A stretch of 64,000 nucleotides of DNA. Source: the human T2T-CHM13v2.0 reference genome, Homo sapiens. Within the stretch, counting starts at the first letter, position 1. Each line of letters opens with the position of its first letter. The DNA lies in assembly GCF_009914755.1 (NCBI RefSeq), contig NC_060935.1. The stretch is one strand, 5' to 3'. The notes under the pieces are model-generated. The model was not told the DNA's origin. It worked only from the letters and a program-made list of their open reading frames with translations, and did no database searches. The position numbers were made by a program, and so were the translations under genes. Below, piece after piece: positions 1 to 17,432 of the stretch.

Positions 1-100
1 TCACATTAGATTTTGACATAAACAAGAAATAAATCCTTATTGTGTATAGCCACTGAGATTTTGGGATTTATCTGTTATAGTAGCTAATGTTAACAAATAC
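1..100 (+). mobile_element. MLT1 (ERVL-MaLR) LTR 3' end
   Basis: 'aaataaatccttattgtgtatagccactgagattttgggatttatctgttatagtagc...aataca' resembles the MLT1 polyA-signal/U5 end. Confidence 0.5.
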
Positions 101-754
101 AAGGATAGATCAACTTACACAGATTCCCAGCAAATGAAAACATCTCCACATCTCTTCATGGACATTTAAGTACATTAATAAACTACAATAATGTAACATA
201 GTCTATATCCAATAGTCAAAGTGTTTACAATTGTTTTTCATGTAAAAGCATCTCCACAGAGGTGCTGCATGGAGAAAACTATTTAAAAACTTACAAATGC
301 CATTACATAACTAATATTTAAATGTGAATGAACCTATTTATTCATAATTGAAAACCACAGCATCATTGAAGGTAAAATAATTTACTTCTTGGTTTTTGTT
401 TCCTAATATGTAAAAGTTTATGTATCTCTCTTTTTTTTTATTCAGCAGTTAAAAACTCTTGAGCAATAACTGCACTCCTACTGAGATAATACCTTCCTGC
501 AAATATATATGACCTCAATTGCAAAACTCATTGGGTCTCTCCAAAGTAATTTAAAAATCAATCTGATCTGTAACAAGAAGTCAATAGAATTCCTGAAAAA
601 TTTACATAACACAACTCCCTCTGTGTTTAAAATTTCACAGCAAAAGTTGTATATAAGGAAGAGCTTTACAGAAAGCTTAAGCAATGGCCCCAAAATGAAA
701 CAAAAAGTAAAGAACAATTAGACTGCTTCTAAATTTTAGTGGACTGATGTTATT

Positions 755-850
755 ATATTTATTCAAGGAACATTTATTGAGAACATACAATATGCCAAGC
801 TCTGTGCTAAGCAACATGACAGCTACAAAACTGGCTCCTGATTTTCTGGA
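755..850 (-). mobile_element. L2 3' fragment
   Basis: 'attcaaggaacatttattgagaacatacaatatgccaagctctgtgctaagc' matches the reverse-complement L2 3' end motif. Confidence 0.45.
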
Positions 851-1065
851 TAGTATAGGAGATAAAAACACAAAGTAATTAACTGTTTCCTTTTGGTATT
901 CTGAACTCTAAAATATTTCTGTCTAACACGATAGAAAAATAAAGCAAATCCCAAGCTCACTCCTAATAAAATATCTTTTAAAAATATCAATAACTGTGGA
1001 TAGGGTTAGATGTTATCTGAAAGGAAAAACAGGTCAGCTAGGAAAAGATTCAAAAATAGAGAGGA

Positions 1066-1170
1066 TCATATAAATATATCTATATGTATATATATTGACA
1101 TATATACTCATATACAAACATACATATATATTATACATGCACACACATATACATATAATATATATACATC
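1066..1170. repeat. degenerate (TA)n/(CA)n microsatellite
   Basis: direct reading of the sequence. Confidence 0.7.
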
Positions 1171-1200
1171 CTAATTTTGTCAAATTTCAGATGATAGTGG

Positions 1201-1700
1201 TGTGTCTTAGCTCCAGTGTCCTATAAGTAGAGCCTGAGGCAAATTAAATTTCTGGTACTTTATTTTGGGGGGTGAAAGTCCTTTATTTAGGAGGAGCAAT
1301 AAGAGAAATACTACAGAAGAAAATGAGCAAAGAAACGTGCAAAGCAATGTAGTATAATGCATAATTGCATTGGCTTTATGAAAAGCCATGAATTGCCCTA
1401 CCAGCTCTCTCAGCACAGGATACTTCTTTGGAAGGCTTTCAAGGAGAAACTATACTGTGGGACAGTTCACAGAGGGGAGAAAGGAGAGATACATTGTCAG
1501 CCTGGTAGTGTACCTCAATCTTCCATTTCACCTTCATACAGAACCAGTTCCCCCATACTTCAGTGTTGTGTCGTCCAGCCCACCAATGGTTATTTCACAA
1601 GCCAGATTTCACAGGCTCTGTGTCATTTCATCTAAGCCTGGAAAGTGAGAGGCAACTCAGGGTACATGAGGTTGGCATGAGAGAATTATGAGCTATCTAG
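1201..1700 (-). mobile_element. MLT1-like LTR (old MaLR)
   Basis: 'tgtgtcttagctccagtgtcctataagtagagcctgaggcaa...tttattttgggg' resembles the MLT1I/J terminus; right boundary is approximate. Confidence 0.4.
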
Positions 1701-3439
1701 GCCTGTGCCTCTGATCTTTGAGGGTTGTTGGGAGGGATTAGAGCACATATAAAAAACGCCTGTCATAAAATAAGATTCCAGCCTGGAAAAGATAGTTAAG
1801 GAATTAAGTAACAGCACCAGCACCAAAACAAGTCCCTGGCAGGTTCATCACTGAGCTCACAGCTTCCCCATGTGCTTTTTACCTCAAGAAGTGTCCCAGG
1901 CTAGCATTATTGCTTCTGGCTATTCCACTATCTTGTCCTGTCTTAGCATGAGCCAACTTTAACTCCATCCAATCCTGTCTTGCCATCCTGTTTTTCCTAG
2001 CAGAATCTTCAATAAGGTTGATAAACAACCACTCCAGCTGCAAGGACTCCCTGCATACCATTAGTTCTGATATGGTATCATAAAAGGCTCAGTTCTGCTA
2101 ACAAGTCCTCTTCCACCAGAGGACTCAGCAGTGGGATAACCCTGGAGTCATCACCTGGTGTAAGACTGCTCTACAACATGCTACTATGTATTTCTGGATT
2201 GCTGTGCATGCATCACACTGATATCGAACATCTTCCAATGCAGGGAGCAACAGTGAACATCATATATCAGGACACACCAAAGATGTTGGTACCTCAACCC
2301 AAGATAGAGACAGGACACCTGTTAAGGCAGCTCTCATGCTTCTTTAAAACCAAAATTGTTTTCTCAAACTGCCTATTCTATAGCTGTCCTATTGGGGTGC
2401 TAATTCTCTAACGCTCAGTCCACACAGGAGTGAGGCCACCTTGTTTCTTATTTCCTCCCAGGAGGCTGTGTAGGATATTTAAAAACTGCCTCTTCACCTC
2501 TCTCAATCAGAGGAGCAGTTTCAGATCTGGAAAAATACAAGGATTTCCCTGTCTCCTCTGCTCTGGAAAAAATAAAATGTCCCCCAATCACAGGGTGAAA
2601 GGTTCTCCCTCACCTGAATTATCTGCCAATGCCCAGCTGTGTCCCTCCCCTCTCTGAGGACGATTTGACCCCAATTCATAACAGGAAAAACTTTTAAATA
2701 AACTAAAGGGTTGAATTACTGTTCACCACTTATTACATTAGCTGGGCTTGAGCACAGCTCGAACAGGTCAAACAGAAGATTTTTTTTTTTAAAGAATGTG
2801 AATCCAGTCAGATTCATCTGCAAATAGATCAAATAAACTACTACTATTTAACAGATCACTGTTTCTTATTAGCTGAAACTTTGTTCTAAAATGACTATTC
2901 TCAATGTCGCTAGTGTAATTAATTTAAAATGCTACTTCGATTTATAAATAACTCTCATAAACTAGAAAGACATATTTCTATAATCTAAACACCGATTTAA
3001 GCTATCCTGATGTTTAGTTATTTGAGCATGAGATGGACAGAAAGACAAGACTTATATTTTTAAATATCTGGTACTATCTCCTACCAAGTGGGAGCCATAT
3101 TGGGATTAATATATTACCTCAAAATCTCAAAGGGACATCATTATGGAGCAAGGTGGGTTACAGGTAGCAGGAAAGAAGGGGAATAAATGAATACTATAGA
3201 TGATGCAGCAGAATAAAGAAGGAAGAATGTGTCTTCTTTCTTGTGCCTATTTGCTGCTCTTAGCCAATGCCTCTCATGTACAAAAGCTAAAGATAGGATA
3301 CAACTGGGTATTTGAAGAGAGTGACCAGGACAAACTCAACCCTATCTGTATACAGGGCTTCCCTATTTTATTCACATAAAAATAGAAAATCTTCTTTGGC
3401 AGAAGAAAAAAAACAGGTAAAATACAACTGGGTTTTATT

Positions 3440-3950
3440 ATTTCAAAAAAATTGGGATATTTTCTTTGTCCCAGGGACTAGGCAAGGCACTAAGGATAAA
3501 ATGGTAAATAAAAGTATGGTCCCCACCATCCTAGAATCTACAGTCTTATGGGAGACACAAAACTTATCAAATACATACTTAAATAAATCAAAACTGTAGT
3601 AAAAGCAATGTAAAAAAAGATACAACATAGCACAACTGGGGAACATGACCTGTTCTGAAGTGTCAGAAATGGCTTCCTTGTTCCCAGTTTTGATCCAAAG
3701 TATGAATATCAACTTTGAAGGTAAAAGGGGGCAGAAGTGGAAAAGTAAATACAGAAGCATTGTATTCCAGGCAAGTAAACATCTTGTGTAAAAGCTCTGA
3801 CGCAGGAAGCAACATAATTTGTTTGAGGATCTGAGAGAAAGCCAGTGTGGCGTGACAACAACTAAAAGAGGATGTGGTAAAGCTGCAGACATAGACGGGG
3901 CTCCATTTTAGTCTTTATTTAAAAATAATGTAAGGCCACTGAAAGGGTTC
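3440..3950 (-). mobile_element. L2 fragment
   Basis: 'ggcactaaggataaaatggtaaataaaagtatggtcccc...ctagaatctacagtctt' and 'gcattgtattccaggcaag' are typical L2 motifs. Confidence 0.5.
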
Positions 3951-4351
3951 AATATTAATCCTTTATTCTAACTAAAGCTACCGAGAAACTAACATGCCAA
4001 CTTCTCCAGCTACAAACGGAAGGAATCATCACTCTGAAGGCAGCCTCATGATATAATTTTATGCTCCAAAAACATTAATTTGCCCAGTATGTAGCAGGCC
4101 CTAACCTAGAAAGAAATGAGTAAAAGAAAATTAAAGAATATGCTGTCTAATGTTTTATGGTCTGATGGTAGAGACAGGGTCTTACTGGAAGAAAATACAG
4201 CAAGCACTAAAATAGTGGTATGTGCTGGATGCTATGAGAATAGTCTTTTGTTCCTTCCTCCAAGGAAAGAATTGAGCATTTAGGAGGACCCCATTAAGTT
4301 CCCCCCAGTTTTAGGGACTGAACAAAATAATAAGTAAATAAACTACAGTAT

Positions 4352-4570
4352 AGGTGCTCAATGATGAGAACACATGAACACATAGAAGGGAGCAAGATAC
4401 ACTGGGGCCTATTGGAGGATGAAGGGTAGGAGGAGGGAAAGGATGGAGAAAAATAACTAATGAGTACTAGGCTTAATACCTGAGTAATGAAATATCTATA
4501 TAACAATCCCCATGACACAATTTTACCTATGTAACATATCTGCATATGTACCCTGAACCTAAAAAAAAAA
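4352..4570 (+). mobile_element. 5'-truncated L1 3'UTR (L1PA10-13-like) with A tail
   Basis: 'aaaataactaatgagtactaggcttaatacctgagtaatgaaat...atgtaccctgaacctaaaaaaaaaa'. Confidence 0.8.
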
Positions 4571-6874
4571 TAGCACCCAATTTAGGATATATTTCATGTA
4601 AGTGTGCACATCTGTGTGTCTGTTCCACAATACTCATAATCAGGAGGTAGCACACATCTGAGGATAATTTTATGAACCAATTTAATTACATTTCCATGCC
4701 AATCCATCACAATTTTTTTCTTGTTCTTATTTACCCTTCTCCTCTAGTATCCAAAGTCAAAAAAAAGTAGAAGCAGTATTTAATCTGAGTGGATTATCAA
4801 TAACTTGTCAAATTTATAAAATGTAGTTTTAAGACCAGCTGCATGTGAAATAAGCCAGCATATTGGCATCCCTAAATGATCACTGAATCAGAGAATTAAT
4901 TCTTCCCACACTAAATGGACTTCTGGCAAAGTAAAAGTCTACTACAATTTTCCAATGTGGCCAAATCCTTCTCCAGAAATTGCACTTTGAGAACTAGAGG
5001 CTCCTGATCAATGTTTATCAAGTTCTAACAAAACAGAATAAAGCAGCAGAAACCCAGTAGACTCATGATATAAATAGTTGACAACATTAATGAGTAGAAA
5101 AAAAAGGAAAGTACACTCTACGTTTTGAGGAATAAAAGTGCAAAAAAGAAACCAGGCAGCCTTATCTTGGCCAAAGCTCTCATTTTTCATCATCTTTGAG
5201 CTGATAAAATGCTTCCCAAAAGGCTTTGTAAATTCCACTTGGTTGAAATGTAAGGGAAGGGAAAGGGAAGTAAATATGAAGCCAACCGGACTAGAAAATA
5301 TTAGAGAAGGAGGAATTAGGGAGGAAACAAATGAAAGAAAGATTTCTAAGAAAAAATAATTTCATTACTCAGAAGGTAAGGAAAGACCATAAGGAAACAT
5401 GAAAGTTGAGCAATACTGTTGCAGCATCTTTACTTTCCACCTCTTATCACTTCCTTCCAGCAACCCTCTAAAACACTTCTGCCACTAAGGTCCACTGTTG
5501 AGGTTAAGAATCCATGACAACTATGGATTCAAGGTATCAAAGTTTGTCACATTATACAATGACTACATAACAATTTGCCACTGCTAATTTCATCCACAAA
5601 TAAAGCCATCACTAACAAAAGCAACACAAGCTAAGCTTTACTATTATGTAGATGACAGTAAGTCATTTAAAACAAGAACATCTCACAAATGCCTAGTTGC
5701 ATTTAAATTTTTAAATAAAAATGTTATTTTTCAAATGACTCTATCTGTAACTTCTCTGGTTCTTTTTATACATCCCTACTTCAGGATAATGTGAAGCTAA
5801 GCAATTTCTTTAAGCCCAAAATGAAACCATATAATATGCTATTTCTTAACAGTCTCAAACCACAAAGACTTATAACCTTAGAAACAATAAAAAAAATTCA
5901 AGAATGCTTTTAAATCTTTCTTTTTTCCCAAAATTAAGTTGAAAATAGTAATTTATCTTTCAAACTCATCTAAAAGTGTAAATATTAAGGTTTAACAATA
6001 GTAATCTTGGAGAGTAGTTCCAGTACATCATTAACTTTATGAAACATTTTAATAGATGCCACTTTCCTTCTGGTTTTCTCTACTGCTTTGTAATAGCATA
6101 AATATTTATTCACTAAATTCTAGAACTCTTGCTATATAAATGTTTTATGGCTATATCATATAATTTGTATAAACACTATCCTCTATATCTTGAAGAAAAG
6201 CCTCTTAATGTACAGTTTCAGCAATCTGTGTTAAATTATAAAACTCATGGTATAAAAAGATATCATCCACAAGGTAAGGTAGAGAAGAGAAATGGAACGC
6301 AGTGTCTGAATAGTTTGAAAATTTAAAGAAGAAGCAACCAGCCTGCCAAGACAGGTCACTGAGGCACCATTCCTGGAGAATGTTCAATGTGCATTAACAT
6401 ATTCAACACAGTATAACTTTATTTATGCTCTCTAATTCTTAAGGAGATATAAGTCTTAAAATCCTGTGTCTCTGATGACCTTCTCAATTGCAACTTAAAA
6501 TCTGGAGAGCCTACACCATAAATTTTATTTCTAAGTAGTTGAGATCTTAAATTACTCCTAAGTCAAAGTTTACAGCTTGGCTATTTTAGTTTTTGTGAAA
6601 AAAATTGCAACATTTTTGGGTACTCAATCATGTTTCATTCCTTCATATCAGGTAAAGCCCATAACTGAGATGAAGGTAGAAAAATTTCTTAAACCATGCT
6701 CTTTGAGCCTCTCATATATTTTCTAGATGCCTGAACTAAGCCATGTGCTACCAGCACATGCCATCTTATAGACTACATCCCTCAGCATCATCCTGTAGAT
6801 AAGTTACCATATGCTGTGATAAAAATATTGGTGAAAGGAGTGAAAGCTCAAAGAATGAAAATTTAGAGTCATGA

Positions 6875-7065
6875 GCATTATTTAGGGATAGAAAGGTCCT
6901 TAGAATTCATCTAGTCCAGCAGCCTTATTTTACAAATAACAAAGCTAAAGCTCAGAGAAATTAAGCAGCTTGTCTAAATTTTCAGAGCATGTAAGTAGGG
7001 AGCTAGCTTAGGAAATCAGGTCCATCTAATTCTTGGTTCAGCACTTTTATTTGTATATTATGCAG
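6875..7065 (-). mobile_element. MIR
   Basis: core 'ttattttacaaataacaaagctaaagctcagagaaattaagcagcttgtctaa'. Confidence 0.5.
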
Positions 7066-7087
7066 TCTCTTAATCAAAAAGAGGCAT

Positions 7088-8620
7088 TTAATCATTCAAA
7101 AAAATGTACTGACAGGCACAGGAATTACAGAAGAGAATGAAAAAAGAGATGGTATTCCTAGTCTAATAAAGCTCACATTCAAGTGTGAGGAAAAAATATA
7201 AAATTATATACACAAAATAAATATATGATATATGTCAGGTAGTGACAAGTGCTCTGGAGAAAAATTCAAGAGGTGAAAGGGATGAACAGTGAGAAAGATT
7301 ACTTTATATCAAATAGTCAGTAAAGAGGTGAAAAGTAGACAGACACTTGAAGAAAGGATGAAGCAAGCCATGTAATTATCTAGGGATAAAGTACTGTAGG
7401 AAAAGGGAACAGAGGGTGAAAATATCTTAAGTCAGGAATGTACTATTCATGCTCAAGAATCAACAAAAAGCCACAGAGACTGGAGCAGAGTGAATGAAGG
7501 TGAATCATGACAGAAGAGGATGTTGGAAACATGGTGTGGTGGCTTATTGTTTAGACCTTTGGATTTTTTTTTTCAGTAAGGAAAATCAATGGAAGGTTTC
7601 GAATAGAGAAATTTTATGATCTAACTTCCATTTTAAAGTGTCCCTCCTTAGTCTCATGTATGGTCCAAAAAATAAAATAAAATAAAATAAAATAATCTCT
7701 CCAGCTACTGTTTAGGGAATAGGAAACTATTGAGCACTCTAGGTAAGAGATGATAGTGATTTGAATGAGGGTAATAATGGACAAAGTGATGAAAAAATAT
7801 TGGATATATTTTGAAGATAGGGAGAAAGAGATTTTTGCCTATAGACTACATGAAGGCTATGAGAGAGAAAAAGTAGTTTTTTAGCCTGGGCAAGTGGAAA
7901 AATTGAGTCACTATTTATTAAGATGGAAAAGACAATGGGAGAAGTTGAGTATCAAGGGCTTAGTATTGGCTATTATAAACCTGAGATGCTTGTAAGGTAT
8001 TCCAAGGTGAATATTGAGTAGTGTTTGGTTTTATGAGTTTAGAGCTTAAAAGAAAACTTATAACTAGAGATATAAATTTAGAAGTTGGAATTATATAGAT
8101 TGCATTTAAGTCACAAAACTGAATAAAATAATCTAGCGAGTATGTACAGCTAGAAAATACAGACTAAGGATGATAGGGTACATAAGAGAAGCAATGAGCA
8201 AGCAAGGCTACAGGTGTGAGTCCTGGAACATTTCAATATTTAGAGATTTGGGAAAATAAACAGGAAGATCTAGGTAAGATGACTAAGAAGGAGCAGCCAG
8301 TGAAGTAGGAGGACAAGCAAAGGATTGTAGTATCCAGGAAGCCAAATAGAGTTAAATGTATCAAGGAGGAGGAAAGGATCAACTGTGACAAAAGATTCTG
8401 ATAAGTCAAGGAGGATGAGGTCTAATCAATGTTTAGTCATTGATAACACTGACAGGATCTTCGCAGGACAGGTTTAGTGACGTGGTCAGCAAGAAGAGTA
8501 AGTTCAAGAGAGAATTAGAGGAAAAGAGATGCAGACAGTAAGTGTGTATAAATTTGTTGAGTCTGGAGTAAATGGGAGCAGAGAAATGGGGCAGTTCCGA
8601 GAGAAAAAAGGGATCGATGT
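7088..8620 (-). mobile_element. long L2 fragment
   Basis: purine-rich L2 reverse-strand motifs throughout, e.g. 'gactaagaaggagcagccagtgaagtaggagga' and 'tccaggaagccaaatagag'. Confidence 0.6.
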
Positions 8621-8799
8621 TATATTAAGGCTATAAGAATCAACCAGGAAATGTGTGGCAGCAGTTCCCTATTTCCTATTACATTTTACTTCATTATATT
8701 CAGTAATATTCTCCTCTACTCCACTTTTATACCTACTCTCCAAACCTTATCATCACTCCAAAGTGCCCTACTATATCATAAATAGATACACTCCACCTT

Positions 8800-11090
8800 C
8801 TGGTCACCATATCCTTTTCTCACCTCATCTGTACTTTGACTCCAGTGGTACCTCCAGTGTACTGATTCCTCTACATCACCGCCACCCATAAGCCCCTTTC
8901 CGTGTAAATTTTCCTATCCATTCAGCTTATATTCCTTGGTCCATCACTTCAGTCACTCTCTCATTAAGATTCTAAACTCCTTTCCTCTATGGTCATTCCA
9001 CTGAGTACAGGAAATCCTCAATCTTGGAAATTTTGGATGAAAATCATTTGCCTAACCTATACTAGCATCTTGGCTGCTGAGCACAGTTTAAGTAAAATCA
9101 CACAATGGGAAAGGTTTGCATTATTATAAATCAGTGATTATCAACCTCAGATTAGTGACTAATACCAGCTGTTATTGCTTCCCTATGTAGACTGTTCTCT
9201 CATTTTCCACAATGAAAATTTTCAAAAACACCTTAACCACATATCCTTAAACCTCTCTTATTACTTTGAAACAGTAAATGGTTCCATAACCAAAAACAAA
9301 AACAATAACAAAAATCTTATTCTCCTCCACTAGTATTTCTTACATCCAGAAATATTTCCACTGATCACCCAGTTGCTCTGTCAGAGACTTCAAAGTCATC
9401 CTTGATACCTCCCTCTCTGCCACTTCCCCCTCTCCAATCAATTATGAAGTCTATAGATCCTATATAATAAATATCTCTTGATTTGTCAATTTTTCCCATT
9501 CCTGCTGCTGCTAGCTAAATCCAGGTAACCAACATCTCACACCTGCACTACCACAAGAGCCTATGATTCCTGTTTCTACCCTTTAAATAGGATAATCTTT
9601 TAAAATTATAAGTCTGATCATGATGCACACACAACCCCCATTGATTTAACTTTTTAATGACTGTTCATTGCATTTATTAATAAAATAAAGTAAAACAATT
9701 CTTAATATGGCCTGCAAGGCCCCCAATAATCTATGTTCTTTCTAACTCACCTGTCACTTTTTCCTTCACTCTGTACCATATTGGGTCACTGTGAGGAGCT
9801 GGAGGAAACCTTTCTCTCTCTCTTGCCTGTAGGCCTTTGACCTAATATTAGTATTCTACCCTCTTCCAACCATTACTATCACTAACAGTCTCCTAAAATA
9901 TTGTCAGCTGAAATATCAACTCCAAAGGATCTCTTTCCTAACTAGGCAGAAAAAGTTAACACCATAAACTTCCCTTGCAAAGCATTTGTTGCACAGATAA
10001 TTACTTATTAAATGCCCTTCTTTCTTTTTATTTTTTGACATATAATTTTACATGTTTATGGGGCACATATGTTTTGATACATGCATAGAGTGTGCAATGA
10101 TCAAATAAATGAAATTAGAATATCTACCAACACAAATATTTGTCATTTCTTTGTGTTGGGAACATTCCAAATCTTCTCTTCAAGCTATTTTGAAACATAC
10201 AATAAATTATTGTTAGCTATTCTCACTCTACTGTGCTATCAAACACTAGAACTTATTCCTTCTACCTAACTGTATTTTTCTACACATTAACCAACCTCTT
10301 TTTATCCTCTCCTCCCTACTACCTTTCTCAGCTTCTAATAAGCATCATACTACTCTCTACCTTCAGGAGGTGAACTTTTTTAGCTCCCACATATTAGTGA
10401 GAATATACAATACTTGTATTTCTGTGTCTGACTTCTTTCACTTAACATAATGTCCTCCAGTTAGATCCATGAACTGCAAATGACAGAATTCCATTCTTTT
10501 TATCGCTGAATAATATTCCACTGTGAATATATACCACTTTTTTTAAATCCATTAATCTGTTGATGGACACTTTGCCAATTCACCACAGGTGGCTCAGCCC
10601 TCCTGTCACTTCCAATTGTTCCCATGTAAGTGGATGGTAGTGGGCTTCCAGCAAAGATTCTCAGACTGGTGGGGAGTGAACATCTAACTCCAATTCTCTC
10701 CTCTCACCTCAGAAACCATGGGTCTAAAGAAGTTCTCTGTAAGTGACATCGTCCTTGCTTGGGGTAGGGGGTCACACAGTCTGAAATGACCATTTATTTA
10801 AGTCACCAGACATGGCTTCTCTGAATTATGTAGGCCCAGAGAGCTTCTCCACTTCTCCCCTGAGTTCACCAGAATTCCTGTCTTTGAATAGCTTCTACTT
10901 GTATTTTTTTGGTGGAGTGATGCCAGGATATTTTTTATTCCACCGCCTTGTTGACATCACACCTTCTATCTAGCTTTCCTGCTAGATAGACTATAAGTTT
11001 CATAGAGGTAGCCTTATATTTCTATCACCATTATATCCTTAGCTCTTACTACAGAGTTAGAACTCAAAATGTATATGTTGAGTTGAATTT
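8800..11090 (+). mobile_element. L2, interrupted by an L1MA at about 10020-10960
   Basis: 'aaagtcatccttgatacctccctctc', 'ctcacacctgcactaccacaagagcct', and 3' end 'tagactataagtttcatagagg...gttgagttgaat'. Confidence 0.5.
10020..10960 (-). mobile_element. L1MA element: 3'UTR (10020-10572) joined directly to a probable L1M 5' end (10573-10960)
   Basis: The 3'UTR is clear ('ttgtgttgggaacattccaaatcttctcttcaagctattttgaaac'). The right end reads GTGATGTCAACAAGGCGGTGGAATA on the - strand, similar to the L1M start GTGACGTCAGCAAGATGGCGGAATA. Confidence 0.65.
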
Positions 11091-11399
11091 AACACCTTAT
11101 TTTGCCTTTAAGATTTTCATCAAAAATTCGGGAAAGACTAAAATCATCTGAACATCTGATTACTGATACACTGGTATTATCAAACTTTTGGAGCATCATC
11201 CCCATTTCCTAAAGAAAAGTAAAAGCTGAAATCTAGATTTTTATAAACATTGCTCTATCTTTAGTAGTTTCTAACATACCTGAAAACGGCTGCCTACAGA
11301 AAAAAGCTACACAAGAGGTTTTGAGGTTTGCTGTATTTGTGAAGAATTCAGGACCAAAAGAAATAATTTTTAGGTGACTGAAAAACGGTGTGCTTAAAG

Positions 11400-11416
11400 A
11401 AGAAAAAGAAGTTGGG
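11400..11416 (+). repeat. 5' target site duplication of the L1HS
   Basis: aagaaaaagaagttggg, repeated exactly at 17468-17484. Confidence 0.93.
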
Positions 11417-12322
11417 GAGGGAGGAGCCAAGATGGCCGAATAGGAACAGCTCCGGTCTACAGCTCCCAGCGTGAGCGACGCAGAAGACGGGTGATTTCTG
11501 CATTTCCATCTGAGGTACCGGGTTCATCTCACTAGGGAGTGCCAGACAGTGGGCGCAGGCCAGTGTGTGTGCGCACCGTGCGCGAGCCGAAGCAGGGCGA
11601 GGCATTGCCTCACCTGGGAAGCGCAAGGGGTCAGGGAGTTCCCTTTCCGAGTCAAAGAAAGGGGTGACGGACGCACCTGGAAAATCGGGTCACTCCCACC
11701 CGAATATTGCGCTTTTCAGACCGGCTTAAGAAACGGCGCACCACGAGACTATATCCCACACCTGGCTCAGAGGGTCCTACGCCCACGGAATCTCGCTGAT
11801 TGCTAGCACAGCAGTCTGAGATCAAACTGCAAGGCGGCAACGAGGCTGGGGGAGGGGCGCCCGCCATTGCCCAGGCTTGCTTAGGTAAACAAAGCAGCTG
11901 GGAAGCTCGAACTGGGCGGAGCCCACCACAGCTCAAGGAGGCCTGTCTGCCTCTGTAGGCTCCACGTCTGGGGGCAGGGCACAGACAAACAAAAAGACAG
12001 CAGTAACCTCTGCAGACTTAAGTGTCCCTGTCTGACAGCTTTGAAGAGAGCAGTGGTTCTCCCAGCACACAGCTGGAGATCTGAGAACGGGCAGACTGCC
12101 TCCTCAAGTGGGTCCCTGACCCCTGACCCCCGAGCAGCCTAACTGGGAGGCACCCCCCAGCAGGGGCACACTGACACCTCACACGGCAGGGTATTCCAAC
12201 AGACCTGCAGCTGAGGGTCCTGTCTGTTAGAAGGAAAACTAACAACCAGAAAGGACATCCACACCGAAAACCCATCTGTACATCACCATCATCAAAGACC
12301 AAAAGTAGATAAAACCACAAAG
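11417..12322 (+). promoter_or_regulatory. L1 5'UTR CpG-rich internal sense promoter (YY1 site) and antisense promoter
   Basis: YY1 motif CAAGATGGCCG at 11428-11438; CpG-dense; established L1HS architecture. Confidence 0.9.
11652..11867 (-). CDS. L1 ORF0 (71 aa antisense ORF)
   Basis: MAGAPPPASLPPCSLISDCC...RCVRHPFL, the internal-ATG part of ORF 11652..11936. Confidence 0.85.
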   Translation of the reverse strand: MAGAPPPASLPPCSLISDCCASNQRDSVGVGPSEPGVGYSLVVRRFLSRSEKRNIRVGVTRFSRCVRHPFL

Positions 12323-13339
12323 ATGGGGAAAAAACAGAACAGAAAAACTGGAAACTCTAAAACGCAGAGCGCCTCTCCTCCTCCAAAGGAACGCAGTTCC
12401 TCACCAGCAACGGAACAAAGCTGGATGGAGAATTATTTTGACGAGCTGAGAGAAGAAGGCTTCAGACGATCAAATTACTCTGAGCTACGGGAGGACATTC
12501 AAACCAAAGGCAAAGAAGTTGAAAACTTTGAAAAAAATTTAGAAGAATGTATAACTAGAATAACCAATACAGAGAAGTGCTTAAAGGAGCTGATGGAGCT
12601 GAAAACCAAGGCTCGAGAACTACGTGAAGAATGCAGAAGCCTCAGGAGCCGATGCGATCAACTGGAAGAAAGGGTATCAGCAATGGAAGATGAAATGAAT
12701 GAAATGAAGCGAGAAGGGAAGTTTAGAGAAAAAAGAATAAAAAGAAATGAGCAAAGCCTCCAAGAAATATGGGACTATGTGAAAAGACCAAATCTACGTC
12801 TGATTGGTGTACCTGAAAGTGATGTGGAGAATGGAACCAAGTTGGAAAACACTCTGCAGGATATTATCCAGGAGAACTTCCCCAATCTAGCAAGGCAGGC
12901 CAACGTTCAGATTCGGGAAATACAGAGAACGCCACAAAGATACTCCTCGAGAAGAGCAACTCCAAGACACATAATTGTCAGATTCACCAAAGTTGAAATG
13001 AAGGAAGAAATGTTAAGGGCAGCCAGAGAGAAAGGTCGGGTTACCCTCAAAGGAAAGCCCATCAGACTAACAGCGGATCTCTCGGCAGAAACCCTACAAG
13101 CCAGAAGAGAGTGGGGGCCAATATTCAACATTCTTAAAGAAAAGAATTTTCCACCCAGAATTTCATATCCAGCCAAACTAAGCTTCATAAGTGAAGGAGA
13201 AATAAAATACTTTATAGACAAGCAAATGCTGAGAGATTTTGTCACCACCAGGCCTGCCCTAAAAGAGCTCCTGAAGGAAGCGTTAAACATGGAAAGGAAC
13301 AACCGGTACCAGCCGCTGCAAAATCATGCCAAAATGTAA
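12323..13339 (+). CDS. LINE-1 ORF1p RNA-binding/chaperone protein
   Basis: 338 aa MGKKQNRK...NHAKM; REKG (235-238), RR (261-262) and YPAKLS (282-287) motifs intact. Confidence 0.97.
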   Translation: MGKKQNRKTGNSKTQSASPPPKERSSSPATEQSWMENYFDELREEGFRRSNYSELREDIQTKGKEVENFEKNLEECITRITNTEKCLKELMELKTKARELREECRSLRSRCDQLEERVSAMEDEMNEMKREGKFREKRIKRNEQSLQEIWDYVKRPNLRLIGVPESDVENGTKLENTLQDIIQENFPNLARQANVQIREIQRTPQRYSSRRATPRHIIVRFTKVEMKEEMLRAAREKGRVTLKGKPIRLTADLSAETLQARREWGPIFNILKEKNFPPRISYPAKLSFISEGEIKYFIDKQMLRDFVTTRPALKELLKEALNMERNNRYQPLQNHAKM

Positions 13340-13378
13340 AGACCATCGAGACTAGGAAGAAACTGCATCAACTAATGA

Positions 13379-17230
<3,852 letters not shown>

Positions 17231-17432
17231 ACAATGAGATCACTTGGACACAGGAAGGGGAATATCACACTCTGGGGACTGTGGTGGGGTCGGGGGAGGG
17301 GGGAGGGATAGCATTGGGAGATATACCTAATGCTAGATGACACGTTAGTGGGTGCAGCGCACCAGCATGGCACATGTATACATATGTAACTAACCTGCAC
17401 AATGTGCACATGTACCCTAAAACTTAGAGTAT

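Noticed and set aside
1879-2411. Possible - strand exon (acceptor near 2320, donor near 1882) and 60-77 aa ORFs in unique sequence
   Set aside because: No recognisable protein similarity; splice-like motifs occur by chance; needs RNA-seq or conservation data
11348-12320. Other short ORFs in the L1 5'UTR
   Set aside because: Generic by-products of the GC-rich L1HS 5'UTR; only ORF0 is established
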